Assembly (NCBI GenBank): GCA_963696385.1
Contig: CAVOKF010000001.1
Span: 4,114-68,113 of the forward strand
DNA from: an uncultured delta proteobacterium
GTDB taxonomy: Bacteria > Myxococcota_A > Polyangia > Polyangiales > Polyangiaceae
Length of the DNA: 64,000 nt
Direction: 5' to 3'
Position numbers and translations under genes: made by a program
Part shown: positions 44,986-55,339 of the stretch, piece by piece
Layout of the letters: each line of letters starts with the position of its first letter
Numbering within the stretch: the first letter of the stretch is position 1
The notes under the pieces: model-generated
The model's input: the letters and a program-made list of their open reading frames with translations, nothing else
Told to the model about the DNA's origin: nothing
Databases searched by the model: none

Positions 44986-46996
44986 TGGGACTTAGCGCCA
45001 CCCCGCGGAAGTATTCCGTGCCGCCCGCGCTGGCGACGGCGACGACGCTCGATGTCCCGTTCCAGGGATTGGACACGCCGTCGTCCGTGAATACGGCAAT
45101 TCGGTTGGGAATCTCGGCGGCCGTGGTCGCGATGAGCGTGACCTGCGAGCTGCCGGTCTTCAACCCTGCAAGACCTCGAAAGCCGACCGCCGCCGCTCCG
45201 CCGTCGGCCGACGGCAGCGTCAGCGTCGCAGTTTGCGTCCACGTCCCTGCGACGAGGGAGAATCGTGCGATCCCCAGGGCCTGACCGCTGACGAGTGTGT
45301 CGTCGGCGACGTACAGGGTGTCCGGCCCTGAGCCGCTTGCCCTCAGGTTGACGAAGACGAATTGCCAGGGGCTCGCCGACGTCGACGACACGGTCGGTAG
45401 GCCCGGCAGTGTGGCGAGCGCCGGCGAGCCGCCGTCGGGCAAACCCGCACCGACCGAGAACACTTCGCCGGCCGTCGTGTCGCCGCTGCCGTAGAGCTGA
45501 CTGTCGTAAATGGTCAGCAGGCGGACCGCGGTCGGGTTGAGCATCATGCCGTCGACGACGCCGAACGGGATGTACCAGATGCCACCGGTCGTTCCTCCGT
45601 CGACCGTGCCACCGAGACCGCCCACCCAGAAAGAAGTCCCGTCGGCCGTGACGGAGCTGCGGATGCTGTTCGCACCGTGGAATGCGGCACTCGAGAATTG
45701 CGTCGAGGTGTCCACGTTTCCGGCCGAGTCGATGCGTGCGACGACGATCGTATCCGCCGAATTGGCGGGATTGGCCGTGCCGAGCGCGGCGTTGTAGCCG
45801 GCCATGGAGAGGTACCGGCCGTCCTGCGATCGGGACAGGCCTGCAATCGCAGCGATTCCAGGCATCGTGAGCAGGTCCTGTCCGGCATCGGGGACTCCCG
45901 TTGGCAGTGCGACGGGGGCCCCCACGAGTCCGCCATCGGACACGAGGCGCTGCTCGATGAAGACGGGGGCCGCGACGGCCGTCAGGACTCCGCCGTCGGT
46001 CGCACCGATTCGCACGACGTCGAACGTGAACGGAACGCAGGCTCCGGCGCCGTTGCAGATGTCGCCCGCCCCGCACGACGTTCCCTCGGCCGTCTCGGCA
46101 ACGCCGCACAGACCCCCGGTACAGGTCGGGACCGAGCAGATCGTGTCTTGCCCGGGACAGTCCGACGCCACAGCGCACTGGGGCTCGCAGGCGATCGTGG
46201 CGGACAGTGAAGTGAATGCCACACCCGTACACGCACCACTATCGACCAGGCCGATGCTCACGGTCACGGTCACCGTGGTGCCCGGAGTCGAGCATAGGAA
46301 CTCCGGCGCCAGGGACGTAGCGCCCGGCCCGCCGTCGACGGGGTTCACGAAGCTGCCGCCGGTCGGCGGAGTCACGCTCCATTCGACGGTCGAGGGGGCG
46401 CTGGCCAGGACGCCGAGCTGCGCGCCCTGGCCGACCGCGAGTGCGGCCGGATTGATTGAAAAGGAGGCGATGGCGGGGCAGAGGATGGGGGGCTGGTTCA
46501 CCAGGATGACGCCGGCGTCGACCGCGAACGAGCCGGTCTGGATGTCGGCGTTGAGGCTGGCGTCGGTCGGAACGGTACAGGTGACGAGGAGGGCGACGTT
46601 CGTGATCTGACCCGCCACGACCCCGAATGGGTTCGAGGATCCCGCGCAAGGATCACCCTCGCTGTCGACGCCGAAAACGGAAATCGTGTAGCCGGATCCC
46701 GCAGCGATGCCTCCGGCGACGAATTCGACCGATTGTGCGTCGCCGATCGGTTCGACTCCGCTGTACGAGTTCGGTCCCGAGATCGTCCAACCCAGCGACG
46801 CCAAGGTGACCTGGGTGCCGATCGTCAAAGTCGCACCGACCGCCCCGGTATCGCCTCCGAGGCCCGGGTGGCCGCTGCCGGTCGTGCCCGTCGGATTGCC
46901 TCGATCCGGGGTCCCTTCGCGTGGGCTCGAACAGGCGAGAAACAACGCCCCTGCCATCATCAGCGAAGCGAAGAAGACCTTGGCGAGTCGTGTCAT
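44966..46996 (-). CDS. Large secreted lipoprotein, function unknown
   Basis: From the ATG at 46996 the protein reads MTRLAKVFFASLMMAGALFLAC (lipobox). It has Ig-like and Cys-rich regions. The last codons and the stop lie inside repeat copy C. Confidence 0.7.
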   Translation of the reverse strand: MTRLAKVFFASLMMAGALFLACSSPREGTPDRGNPTGTTGSGHPGLGGDTGAVGATLTIGTQVTLASLGWTISGPNSYSGVEPIGDAQSVEFVAGGIAAGSGYTISVFGVDSEGDPCAGSSNPFGVVAGQITNVALLVTCTVPTDASLNADIQTGSFAVDAGVILVNQPPILCPAIASFSINPAALAVGQGAQLGVLASAPSTVEWSVTPPTGGSFVNPVDGGPGATSLAPEFLCSTPGTTVTVTVSIGLVDSGACTGVAFTSLSATIACEPQCAVASDCPGQDTICSVPTCTGGLCGVAETAEGTSCGAGDICNGAGACVPFTFDVVRIGATDGGVLTAVAAPVFIEQRLVSDGGLVGAPVALPTGVPDAGQDLLTMPGIAAIAGLSRSQDGRYLSMAGYNAALGTANPANSADTIVVARIDSAGNVDTSTQFSSAAFHGANSIRSSVTADGTSFWVGGLGGTVDGGTTGGIWYIPFGVVDGMMLNPTAVRLLTIYDSQLYGSGDTTAGEVFSVGAGLPDGGSPALATLPGLPTVSSTSASPWQFVFVNLRASGSGPDTLYVADDTLVSGQALGIARFSLVAGTWTQTATLTLPSADGGAAAVGFRGLAGLKTGSSQVTLIATTAAEIPNRIAVFTDDGVSNPWNGTSSVVAVASAGGTEYFRGVALSPRSPGSP

Positions 46997-47420
46997 CGCG
47001 GCTCCAACGATCTGCGCCGCGCCCCCAGGAACGTGGCCGCCCCGCACCAACGCGCAGCTGGTTCGAATTAGCACGAACACCCGTGGCGTTTTGACGAACT
47101 CATCGCGACGATTTGTGTCACCCATCCAAACACGCGGCTCGCGCGCCCGGACGCCCTTCGGGGACACGTCTGCCATCGGTGAACATTTGCTTCGGAACCG
47201 GGTATTTGCCGAATATTTGCCGAGGGAGGCTTCGCGACTCAGACCCTCTCACCGCCAGCCCAATGCCCAAATGCCGGCCGGCCGTGTGGCGACGCGCAAC
47301 GGGTGCGCCTGCGTGCATCCTTGTGCGGTCCGGCCGTCCTCGCCTCAGGACGGCGGAGGGGATTCTGCCTGGCGGCGCCGTGTGGGATGTTCAGGCACGG
47401 CGCGTGCCTGGCGGCCGGTC

Positions 47421-48920
47421 ATGGTCAGCGTTGCGCTTCCGACGGACCCGCAACTCCGGGGCGCTTTCGACGCCCTCGTGGCGCTTCGGGCCGAGATGAT
47501 CGCCCGCGAAGACGGCCTTGCCCCCGTTGTCGACCGCATCAAGAGCCGCTGCAACCTGGTCCACTACTTGGTGTTGCGTGGGCGGGACATGCGCCCCTTG
47601 CAGGAGACCCTGGCGAGGCACGGCCTGTCGTCGCTGGGTCGGTGCGAAGCGCATACCCTTGCGAGTGTCGATGCGGTGCTCCGCATTCTGGCGCGCCTGC
47701 TCGCCGCCGATCTCGTGTTGCCCGAGCACCCTCGGGCGCCCGGCTTCGACGAAGGTCCTCTGCTGCTCGAAGCCAACGCATGCGCTTTGTTTGGCCCGAC
47801 TCCGCCGAAGAGAGCCGTCCGGATCATGGTGACGTTGCCCTCCGACGCGGCCTACGACGCGGCGCTCGTCACCGACCTCATCGCGCAAGGCACCAACGCC
47901 GTTCGAATCAACTGCGCTCACGACGACCCGCAAACGTGGGCACGCATGGTCGAGCACGTCCGAACCGCCCGGCGAAGGGCCGACCGGCCGTGCGCGATCC
48001 ACTTCGATTTGTGCGGCCCGAAACTGCGTACGGGAGCCGCCGCCCGTCCCATCCCCCTCAAGGCTGGCGATCTCATCGTACTCACCAAGAGCCCTCAATC
48101 CGCGCCGGCAACCGTCACGCCGCCCCGAATCCCATGCACGCTGCCCGCGGCCCTCGAACAAGTCCGATCGGGGGAACGCGTTTGGTTCGACGACGGCAAG
48201 CTCGGCGGCGTGGTGGAGGACGTGTTGCCGGAAGGGGTGTCGGTCCGCATCACCTACGCGCGCAAGGGCCAGCGCAAACTACTGCCCGATCGAGGGATCA
48301 ATTTCCCCGAGAGTGCGATCGACATCGACGGCTTCACCGACAAAGATCGCGAGGATCTGGCGTTGGTCGTGCGCTACGCCGACTCGGTCGGGCTCTCGTT
48401 CGCGCAACGCGTCGTCGACGTGGGGGCCCTTCAACGAAGGCTCGCTGAGCTCGGCGCTCCCCGTCTCGGGCTCGTGCTGAAGATCGAGACCCGTCGCGGC
48501 TTCGAGGCCCTGCCCCAGTTGCTGCTCGAGCCGGTGGGCGAGCACCCGCTCGGGGTCATGATCGCGCGCGGCGATCTCGCGCTCGAAGTGGGCTATGAGC
48601 GTCTGGCCGAGGTGCAGGAGGAGGTCCTGTGGCTTTGCGAAGCCGCCCACGTTCCCGTGATCTGGGCGACTCAGGTCCTCGAGAGTGTGTCCAAGAACGG
48701 AATGCCGACCCGCGCCGAGATCACCGACGCGGCCATGTCGCAGCGCGCCGAGTGCGTCATGCTCAACAAAGGCGCTCATGTCGTGAAGACCGTGCACGTT
48801 CTCGACGACATTCTGCAACGTATGGAGGCGCATCAGAGAAAGAAGAGCGCGACACTCCGGCCGCTCCGGGTCTCCTCCGGGTCAAACGACGTTTCGTCGG
48901 CCGAGGGATTGGCCGAATGA
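47421..48920 (+). CDS. Pyruvate kinase-like barrel protein with an N-terminal helical extension
   Basis: RIMVTLPS, GTNAVRINCAHD, LKIETRRG, GVMIARGDLALEVG and MLNKG are PK barrel motifs. I saw no canonical C-terminal allosteric domain. Confidence 0.7.
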   Translation: MVSVALPTDPQLRGAFDALVALRAEMIAREDGLAPVVDRIKSRCNLVHYLVLRGRDMRPLQETLARHGLSSLGRCEAHTLASVDAVLRILARLLAADLVLPEHPRAPGFDEGPLLLEANACALFGPTPPKRAVRIMVTLPSDAAYDAALVTDLIAQGTNAVRINCAHDDPQTWARMVEHVRTARRRADRPCAIHFDLCGPKLRTGAAARPIPLKAGDLIVLTKSPQSAPATVTPPRIPCTLPAALEQVRSGERVWFDDGKLGGVVEDVLPEGVSVRITYARKGQRKLLPDRGINFPESAIDIDGFTDKDREDLALVVRYADSVGLSFAQRVVDVGALQRRLAELGAPRLGLVLKIETRRGFEALPQLLLEPVGEHPLGVMIARGDLALEVGYERLAEVQEEVLWLCEAAHVPVIWATQVLESVSKNGMPTRAEITDAAMSQRAECVMLNKGAHVVKTVHVLDDILQRMEAHQRKKSATLRPLRVSSGSNDVSSAEGLAE

Positions 48921-48949
48921 CGTCCTGACCGGGTAGCCTAATCGGAGAC

Positions 48950-49672
48950 ATGCCCGCGCCTCCTTCCGTCCCGTCGTGGCAGCTCGCGTTCCACGACCGC
49001 GTGGACCCACACCGGCGCGGTTCCTCCCTTTCCGACATCATTCTCGGCGGCCAAGACGCCATCGTGAATATCCTGGGCGTATTGCTCGGCGTCGCTGCGG
49101 CGAGCGACAGCAAGCGCCTTGTGTTCGCCGCCGGACTCGCGACCGCTTTCGCGGAGTCGCTCTCGATGGCCGCCGTCGCCTACACCACCAACATCGCGCA
49201 GGGCGACGTGTATCGCAGTGAGCGCGAGCGCGAATACCGCCACGTGCGCACGGTACCGGCGGTCGAGCGCGAAGAAGTGCGGCAGCTCTACGCGCGAAAA
49301 GGGTTCGACGGAGAACTGCTCGATCGCATCGTCGATCGCATCACGGCCGATCCGGACGTTTGGGTCGCGGTGATGATGACCGAGGAGCATCGCCTCACGC
49401 CGATCGACCGGCCGCGCGCCTTGCGTTCTGCCGTGGTCGTCGGACTGGCGTCGATCGTCGGGTCTCTCTTGCCCCTGTCGCCGTTCGTGTTTCTCGGCAC
49501 GCACGCCGCGGCTTGGGCAACGGTCGTCGTGGCAGCCGGCATGCTCTTCGGCGTGGGCGCGTACAAGGCGCGTGCGACCCTGGGGCGGCCCTGGAAGTCG
49601 GGATTGGAGATGACCGCAATCGGAATGGCCAGTGCCCTCGCGGGCTGGGCTGTGGGGGCGTTGTTCCGGTAA
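48950..49672 (+). CDS. VIT1/CCC1-family iron/manganese transporter
   Basis: ILGGQDAIVNILGVLLGVA, a central cytoplasmic EREE-rich region, and C-terminal TM segments. Confidence 0.8.
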   Translation: MPAPPSVPSWQLAFHDRVDPHRRGSSLSDIILGGQDAIVNILGVLLGVAAASDSKRLVFAAGLATAFAESLSMAAVAYTTNIAQGDVYRSEREREYRHVRTVPAVEREEVRQLYARKGFDGELLDRIVDRITADPDVWVAVMMTEEHRLTPIDRPRALRSAVVVGLASIVGSLLPLSPFVFLGTHAAAWATVVVAAGMLFGVGAYKARATLGRPWKSGLEMTAIGMASALAGWAVGALFR

Positions 49673-49689
49673 GCCTCGGATCGCCCCCG

Positions 49690-50514
49690 ATGCGTTCGAT
49701 CCCCTGCGCCATCGCCTTTGTCGTCGGCCTGAGCCTGGCCGCCGATTCGGCGCAGGCCCAAGACCCCTTCGAGATCGAGGTCTACGATGCCACGGCCAAC
49801 CCCGTGGGCATCGCCGGACTCGAGCTGCACTTGAACGATTGGGTCACCGGTCATCGCTTTCCGACCGGGTCGGAAGCTCCGCTGCACGGACAGTTTCACG
49901 CGACGTTCGAACCATCGTGGGGAGTCCTGCCGTTCTGGGAAGTGGGGGCGTACGTGCAGTTCGCCGTGAGATCCGACGACGGCGTCGCGGACTGGGCGGG
50001 TGCGAAGCTCCGCTCGAAATTCGTGACGCCGCCGACCTGGGACGCCCACTGGCGCCTCGGGATCAATCTCGAGGTCTCGTACCTTCCGGCCACCTACGAC
50101 GCGAACCGCTGGGGCAGCGAAGTGCGGCCCATCGTGGCCTACGAAGACGAGCACTGGCTTTTCGCATTCAATCCCATTTTCGATCAGGCGCTCGCCCGGC
50201 CGGGTGCGTCGGACGGCCCCGTGTTCGATCCCGCGCTCAAAGCCGCGCGCAAGGTCGGGCCGGTCGCGCTGGGCTTCGAGTACTACGGCGGCATCGGTCC
50301 GGTCGCATCGCCGCTGCCTCTGGCCGACCAGACGCACCTGTTGTTCGAAGTGATCGATCTGCTCTCGATCGAGCACGTTGAGCTGAATCTCGGCCTGGGC
50401 GAAGGCCTGACGCCGTCGAGCGCCGGGACGATCGTCAAGGCCATCCTCGGCTACACGTTCGAAAAGTCGGCGACGCCGCCACCCCCGCCGGTTCCGCAGA
50501 GGATCGCGCGGTAG
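49690..50514 (+). CDS. Secreted protein, possibly an outer-membrane beta-barrel
   Basis: Signal peptide MRSIPCAIAFVVGLSLAADSAQA. The rest shows an alternating beta-strand-like pattern ending in an aromatic-rich C-terminus. Confidence 0.5.
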   Translation: MRSIPCAIAFVVGLSLAADSAQAQDPFEIEVYDATANPVGIAGLELHLNDWVTGHRFPTGSEAPLHGQFHATFEPSWGVLPFWEVGAYVQFAVRSDDGVADWAGAKLRSKFVTPPTWDAHWRLGINLEVSYLPATYDANRWGSEVRPIVAYEDEHWLFAFNPIFDQALARPGASDGPVFDPALKAARKVGPVALGFEYYGGIGPVASPLPLADQTHLLFEVIDLLSIEHVELNLGLGEGLTPSSAGTIVKAILGYTFEKSATPPPPPVPQRIAR

Positions 50515-50540
50515 GGCTCGGCCCGACCAATCCCGGCCGG

Positions 50541-51797
50541 TCACTTCGGAATCTTCAAGAGCACGCCGTTCGACGACCCCGGGGTGGTCGGGACGACGAG
50601 GTAGGCGCTCGTGTCGTCGATCGCGAGGGCAACCGTCGGTTCGGTCCCCCCGCTATTTCCGCAACCAACGGCGCCGTTCGTGGCGGTGGTGGCTCCGAGG
50701 TTGCCCGCCAGGCGCATCGGTGCGCCGCCGTCGCCGGTGGGGAACTGCCAGAGGCTCTCGTCGGTCGCGACGTACACGGACGACGAGTCGGCCGCGATTT
50801 GAACCGGCTGCTCGGAGGTGACGAGGGTCGCGAGCGTCGTCACGCCGCCGCCGGTCTCGGGAACGCGACTCACCTGAAGCACGCAGGTACTCGCGTTGTC
50901 GTTGCCCATCGTGACGCTGCCGCTCGTGGCCCAGTACACATCCAATCCGTCCGTCGCGATCGCGTTGGGGCAGCCGTTGGCGTTCGGGGCGATCGTCGTT
51001 ACCGTCCCGCCCGCGATCGGTGCTCGATCGATCTCGCATGGGCCGTTCGGTAGGGTGACCACCGCGTAGATCCCGTTGGCGTCGACCGCGAAGCTTGCGT
51101 TGGCATTGCCGAAGCTCGCGACGACGGACACGGCGCCGCCGCTCGTCGGTACGCTGCCCACTTGAAAGGTCCCGTTGACGTTCCAGGACAGGAAGATCGT
51201 GGCTTGAAAAATGACCATGGACGACAACGAGCCGACGTTGCTCGTCGCCGGGAACGTCCCGACGGCGGACGGCGGCGAGGCGCTCGCGTCGGGCGCATTC
51301 GTCGGACTCGCGGCGACGTACCAGCCGCCCGTGCCCGTGAGGTTCTGCGCCAGGTAATAGATGGCGGAGTCGTCGACCGCGAAGGGCATGTCGGTCGATC
51401 CACCCTGCTGCGACGGCGTGACGGCGGTAACCGGACTGCCCCCGGCTTTCGGGACGTCCTCGATCAGGGGGTTGGCCGACGACCAAAAGAAGACGTCGTC
51501 CGAATTGATCGCGATGGGTCCGGGAACCACGCCGGTCGACAGCGTGAGGGGACTGGTCGTGCACGAGCCGTTTTCGCAGCGTGCGCCCTGGTCGCATGCC
51601 GCTCCGCACATCGAGCAGTTCTGCGGATCGCTCGTGATGTCGGTTTCGCACTGATCCGGGGTCGAGCAGCTCGCAAACCCGACGGTGCAGGGATAGGGAC
51701 CGTCGAACGACGGGGTGCACCCCTGCGCGAGGGCGGTCGAGGCCGCAGCCAGAACCGCGCATCCGATCGCCGCGCGCGCCGTCCCTGTGAGCGGCAT
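50541..51797 (-). CDS. Secreted Cys-rich protein with beta-propeller-like repeats
   Basis: The ATG at 51797 lies 2 nt after the upstream stop. It has a signal peptide, a Cys-rich stretch (CETDITSDPQNCSMCGAACDQGARCENGSC) and repeated I(Y/F).(A/V).. blades. Confidence 0.65.
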   Translation of the reverse strand: MPLTGTARAAIGCAVLAAASTALAQGCTPSFDGPYPCTVGFASCSTPDQCETDITSDPQNCSMCGAACDQGARCENGSCTTSPLTLSTGVVPGPIAINSDDVFFWSSANPLIEDVPKAGGSPVTAVTPSQQGGSTDMPFAVDDSAIYYLAQNLTGTGGWYVAASPTNAPDASASPPSAVGTFPATSNVGSLSSMVIFQATIFLSWNVNGTFQVGSVPTSGGAVSVVASFGNANASFAVDANGIYAVVTLPNGPCEIDRAPIAGGTVTTIAPNANGCPNAIATDGLDVYWATSGSVTMGNDNASTCVLQVSRVPETGGGVTTLATLVTSEQPVQIAADSSSVYVATDESLWQFPTGDGGAPMRLAGNLGATTATNGAVGCGNSGGTEPTVALAIDDTSAYLVVPTTPGSSNGVLLKIPK

Positions 51798-51799
51798 CC

Positions 51800-53524
51800 T
51801 CACAGCCCTCCGGTGCGCAGTCCGAAGGGCGTTGCACGTTCCCGCCGGCATCGCGCGTTCGGCTCGTAGAACGCGCCGATCTGGAGTGTGCCGGCCGGCC
51901 CTCCCCCGTTCGCGTCGCTTTGGCCCCACAGGTCGGCGACGACCCGTGCCCCCCAGTCGCAGAGAGGCTGGATGTCGATGGCCGCCCACGTGCCGTATGT
52001 GGCCTGAACGCGGCCGGTTTGAACGTCTTTGATGTCGAGTTCGATCGTTCCGACCTCGGGGCCCACGTTCAAAGCCACCGCATCGATAGGGATTCTCAGC
52101 GCGATCCGCACGGTCGACGCATAGGCGGTGACCTGCGCTTGGGCAGGAAGGGCGTAGTTCGTATGGAACGTCGCCCGCTGCATCGTGCCGGACCCCCAGG
52201 CGGTCTGCAGGAACGTTCCGAACCAGCGCGTGATGATCCCACCCGCCAGCGACACGCCGGTCGCTGCGCCCACTCCGCCTCGGTAGGTTTCGGGCATCTC
52301 GTTGGTTCGAAAGCTCGAAGGGTCGAGCATCCAGACGTCGAGGCCGATCCGAAAGCGCCCCGGAGTCCCTTGTGGACCGGCGAAGGCGAACGGAGCGTCC
52401 GACCGAAGCGCACCCGTCAGGTCGACTCCCTTGTCCGGATCCACGACGACGTCGGTTTCGAGCCACGTGCACTCCGGGATGCGGGCGCGGATCGTATGCC
52501 GACCGGCAGCCACGGCGTAGTCCACGTGCTCGACGACGTTATGCCCGAGCGAGTCGCTCCACTTGCGCTTCACGTCCGCTGGCGCGAGCACGTCGGGGCC
52601 GTCGAGATAGAGCACCAACCCGTCTTCGGGGCCTCGCGGCTCCGGCCCGTCACACCCGATCGCCGCGCGGATCTTCGGTTTTTCCGGCAGGGCGATCCGG
52701 TCCAGGACGACGTCGACGGACCGCACCTCGCGGTCCTTGATGACGACCTCGGTCTGAAACGGGCGCATCCCGGGCGCCGTGACTCGGATCGCGTGACCGC
52801 CGGACGCGACGGCGAGATCGATCATTCCGGTGGCGATCGGCTTGGCGTCGAGCTCGATCGTCGCCCCGGCGGGCGCGCTGACGACGAGGCGCCCTTCGTG
52901 CAACTCCTTGTCGAGCTTCACGTCGAGTTTCACCGTCGCGCTTCCGCCGACCGGCAGCGTCTGCTCGAACGGCCGGAACCCGTCCTTGACCACACGCAGG
53001 TGCCTCTCGCCGATATCGAGGGCCACCGGCCCCGGCAGCGGGGAGACCCCCACGACCGAATCGTCGACGGTGATCTGCGCGCCGTCCTCGCTCACCTTGA
53101 ACGTCGCGTCCGTGGTGAACGGCGCCAGGGCCTGGACGAGGTCGCGCGCGTCCTTCTTGTCCTTTTCGGTCAAAGTGCCGGCCCCTTCGGCCAGGTAGCG
53201 ATGCAGTGTCGCGATGACCTTCGCGTAGTGCCGCAAATTCTTTTCGCAGAACGCCACGTTCCACAGCAGCCGCACGTCGTGCGATTGCTCGTAGGCGCTC
53301 GAGAACTTGATGAGCGCCCCGGCGAAGTCGCCATCGGACGCCAGCGTTCGGCCGGCCTCGTAGTCGGCCTTGGCCTGACCTGCGAGCGCTTGCGCCAGGG
53401 GCCGCGAGGGCGTCGTGGAGCCGGCGGCCGCCGTCTGCGCGCTCGCGTCCCCCGCGCACGGCAGCCACTGAATCGCGGACACGACGACGACGGCCACGCA
53501 CGGGATGACCGCGCGTTGGGTCAT
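51800..53524 (-). CDS. Secreted TPR-like / PEGA-like domain protein with a beta-rich C-terminal half
   Basis: The ATG at 53524 overlaps the kinase stop as ATGA. It has a signal peptide and PEGA-like modules (ITVDDSVVGVSPLPGPVALDIGERHLRVVKDGFRPF). Confidence 0.7.
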   Translation of the reverse strand: MTQRAVIPCVAVVVVSAIQWLPCAGDASAQTAAAGSTTPSRPLAQALAGQAKADYEAGRTLASDGDFAGALIKFSSAYEQSHDVRLLWNVAFCEKNLRHYAKVIATLHRYLAEGAGTLTEKDKKDARDLVQALAPFTTDATFKVSEDGAQITVDDSVVGVSPLPGPVALDIGERHLRVVKDGFRPFEQTLPVGGSATVKLDVKLDKELHEGRLVVSAPAGATIELDAKPIATGMIDLAVASGGHAIRVTAPGMRPFQTEVVIKDREVRSVDVVLDRIALPEKPKIRAAIGCDGPEPRGPEDGLVLYLDGPDVLAPADVKRKWSDSLGHNVVEHVDYAVAAGRHTIRARIPECTWLETDVVVDPDKGVDLTGALRSDAPFAFAGPQGTPGRFRIGLDVWMLDPSSFRTNEMPETYRGGVGAATGVSLAGGIITRWFGTFLQTAWGSGTMQRATFHTNYALPAQAQVTAYASTVRIALRIPIDAVALNVGPEVGTIELDIKDVQTGRVQATYGTWAAIDIQPLCDWGARVVADLWGQSDANGGGPAGTLQIGAFYEPNARCRRERATPFGLRTGGL

Positions 53525-55134
53525 TTCAACTCCATGTGCAGTCCGCCGGTGCTCGTGCTCGCCGGCGGCGGAGCGGCCGGTGCTGTCGTGGCACGAGCGG
53601 CCGTCGCGGGCGCCGGCGCACTGGCGACGGTGTCCTTGGGCGGTGGCGAGTCGATTTCGACCTTCGGCGGCAGGGGTCCGTCCTCGCCGATCGTGACGTC
53701 CGCAGACGCTTGGCGCCGTCCGGCCGACAGGCGGACGCGGTGAACGCTCCCGAGTGGCCCGGTTACCGCCACGACCCCGCCGCGTACGGGTGCGTCCGCC
53801 CCATCGACCTGGGCTTGCGCGTTCGCCGGAAGCACCACGACGCGCACGGTTCGATCCGGCACCGGCCGTTCCGAGGGCAATGGCGCGAGCGTTTCGGCGG
53901 CCAGGGGCTCCACCCTCGGCACAGGCGCAAGGACCGCTGTCGCCTGGATGGGCTCGCCATGCAATCCGGCCACTCGCCACGCGCCCCAGGCGAAGACGGC
54001 CGCCAGGACCGCTATAACGGGGACGATCCAGGCCGCTCGGGCGGTGCGCGAACGGGCCTTCGGTCGAGTGTGGGTCACTCCCATCATCGTGGCGTCGGCC
54101 GGCGCCGCCGTTGCGACGACCCGGGGGGCCGGCAGCCCTTCGAACGACGGCGCGGGACTGCGCATTCCGGAAGTCAGCTCGAGCCTCGGCGCCGCCGAAG
54201 CGCAATCCCGGTCCGCCAGGGGCACGAACATCGCCGCCGTGAGCGCGTGTCCGGCCGGCAGCTGCGCGCCGATGGCATCCGCCATCTCGACCGCGGACGC
54301 AAAGCGCTGCGCCGGGTCGAGCGCCAACGCACGATGCACGATGGCGGCCACCTCGGGGGGCACCCAGGGCGCGAGCTCCTGAACATGGCGAGGAACCGCA
54401 GAGCAAATCTGGAGGATGAGTTCCCCGAATGTCTCGACGTGCCCGTGCGGCGTCGAGCCGGTCAACGCCTCGTAAAGCACGACGCCGAGCGACCAGATGT
54501 CGGTGCGATGATCGAGGTCTTTTTTGCCGCGCGCTTGTTCGGGCGACATGTAAATGGGCAATCCGAGCATGGCGCCGGTCTGCGTCAGCCCGGCCCCTTC
54601 GGCCCCCGCGAGCGGGTCTTGGTGGACCTTGGCGATGCCGAAGTCCAAGAGCTTGACGACGATGTCGCCGTCCTCGCGCTTCGCGAGGAATAGGTTGGCC
54701 GGCTTGATGTCCCGATGCACGACGCCCGCCTCGTGCGCCTTGCGCAGCCCGAGGCAGGCTTGCGCGGCGATGCGCAATGCCAGCTCGGGCGCGACCGCCC
54801 CGAGCCTCTCCATCGCCTGCTGCAAGTCCTCGCCGACCAGCAACTCCATCACCGTGTACGGGCCGCCCGTCGCCGGGTCGACGCCCGTGTCGAGCACCTG
54901 CGCGATGTACTGCGACTCGATCGCGCCGCTCGCCATCGCCTCGCGCTGGAATCGGCCGATGACCTCCGGGTTTTGGGTGAGCGACCCGGTTGCGATGACC
55001 TTGACGGCTACGCGCCTGCCGGTCCCGCGGTGGCGGGCTTCGTAGACGGCGCCCATCCCGCCCGCGCCGAGCTGTCGAACGATTTGGTACTTGCCGTCGA
55101 GGATAGCGAGCGGCGGCAGCGCAGCGGATTGCAC
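53521..55134 (-). CDS. Ser/Thr protein kinase with a TM segment and a PEGA-like extracytoplasmic domain
   Basis: Kinase motifs are GAGGMGAVYEA, HRDIKPANL, DFGIAK and YMSPEQ. The TM segment is AAWIVPVIAVLAAVFAWGAW. Confidence 0.9.
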   Translation of the reverse strand: MQSAALPPLAILDGKYQIVRQLGAGGMGAVYEARHRGTGRRVAVKVIATGSLTQNPEVIGRFQREAMASGAIESQYIAQVLDTGVDPATGGPYTVMELLVGEDLQQAMERLGAVAPELALRIAAQACLGLRKAHEAGVVHRDIKPANLFLAKREDGDIVVKLLDFGIAKVHQDPLAGAEGAGLTQTGAMLGLPIYMSPEQARGKKDLDHRTDIWSLGVVLYEALTGSTPHGHVETFGELILQICSAVPRHVQELAPWVPPEVAAIVHRALALDPAQRFASAVEMADAIGAQLPAGHALTAAMFVPLADRDCASAAPRLELTSGMRSPAPSFEGLPAPRVVATAAPADATMMGVTHTRPKARSRTARAAWIVPVIAVLAAVFAWGAWRVAGLHGEPIQATAVLAPVPRVEPLAAETLAPLPSERPVPDRTVRVVVLPANAQAQVDGADAPVRGGVVAVTGPLGSVHRVRLSAGRRQASADVTIGEDGPLPPKVEIDSPPPKDTVASAPAPATAARATTAPAAPPPASTSTGGLHMELK

Positions 55135-55339
55135 GAAATGGCCCCTTACTTGCCACGTTACCCGCTCGCACGGGACTGTGAAACCCGGTTAACCGCTCGA
55201 ACGACCGCGCCACCTCCCGGAGGGCCGCGGAGGGGGAGGGCGCCTGTCTGCGCCGGCTCACCGCCCGGGTGCGACCCGCACACCCTTCAGCCCCATGGCG
55301 CGGAGCATGCAAGCTTCGAGATCCCAATCGAGGCCACCC

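Noticed and set aside
46707-47420. N-terminal extensions of several track ORFs, for example 46707 for the PK-like gene, 373 for M50, 7281 for GH5, 55913 for tamA, 58075 for tamB and 32642 for ABC-F.
   Set aside because: The extended parts overlap neighbouring genes or are low-complexity. Internal starts with an RBS and/or a signal peptide give sensible N-termini.
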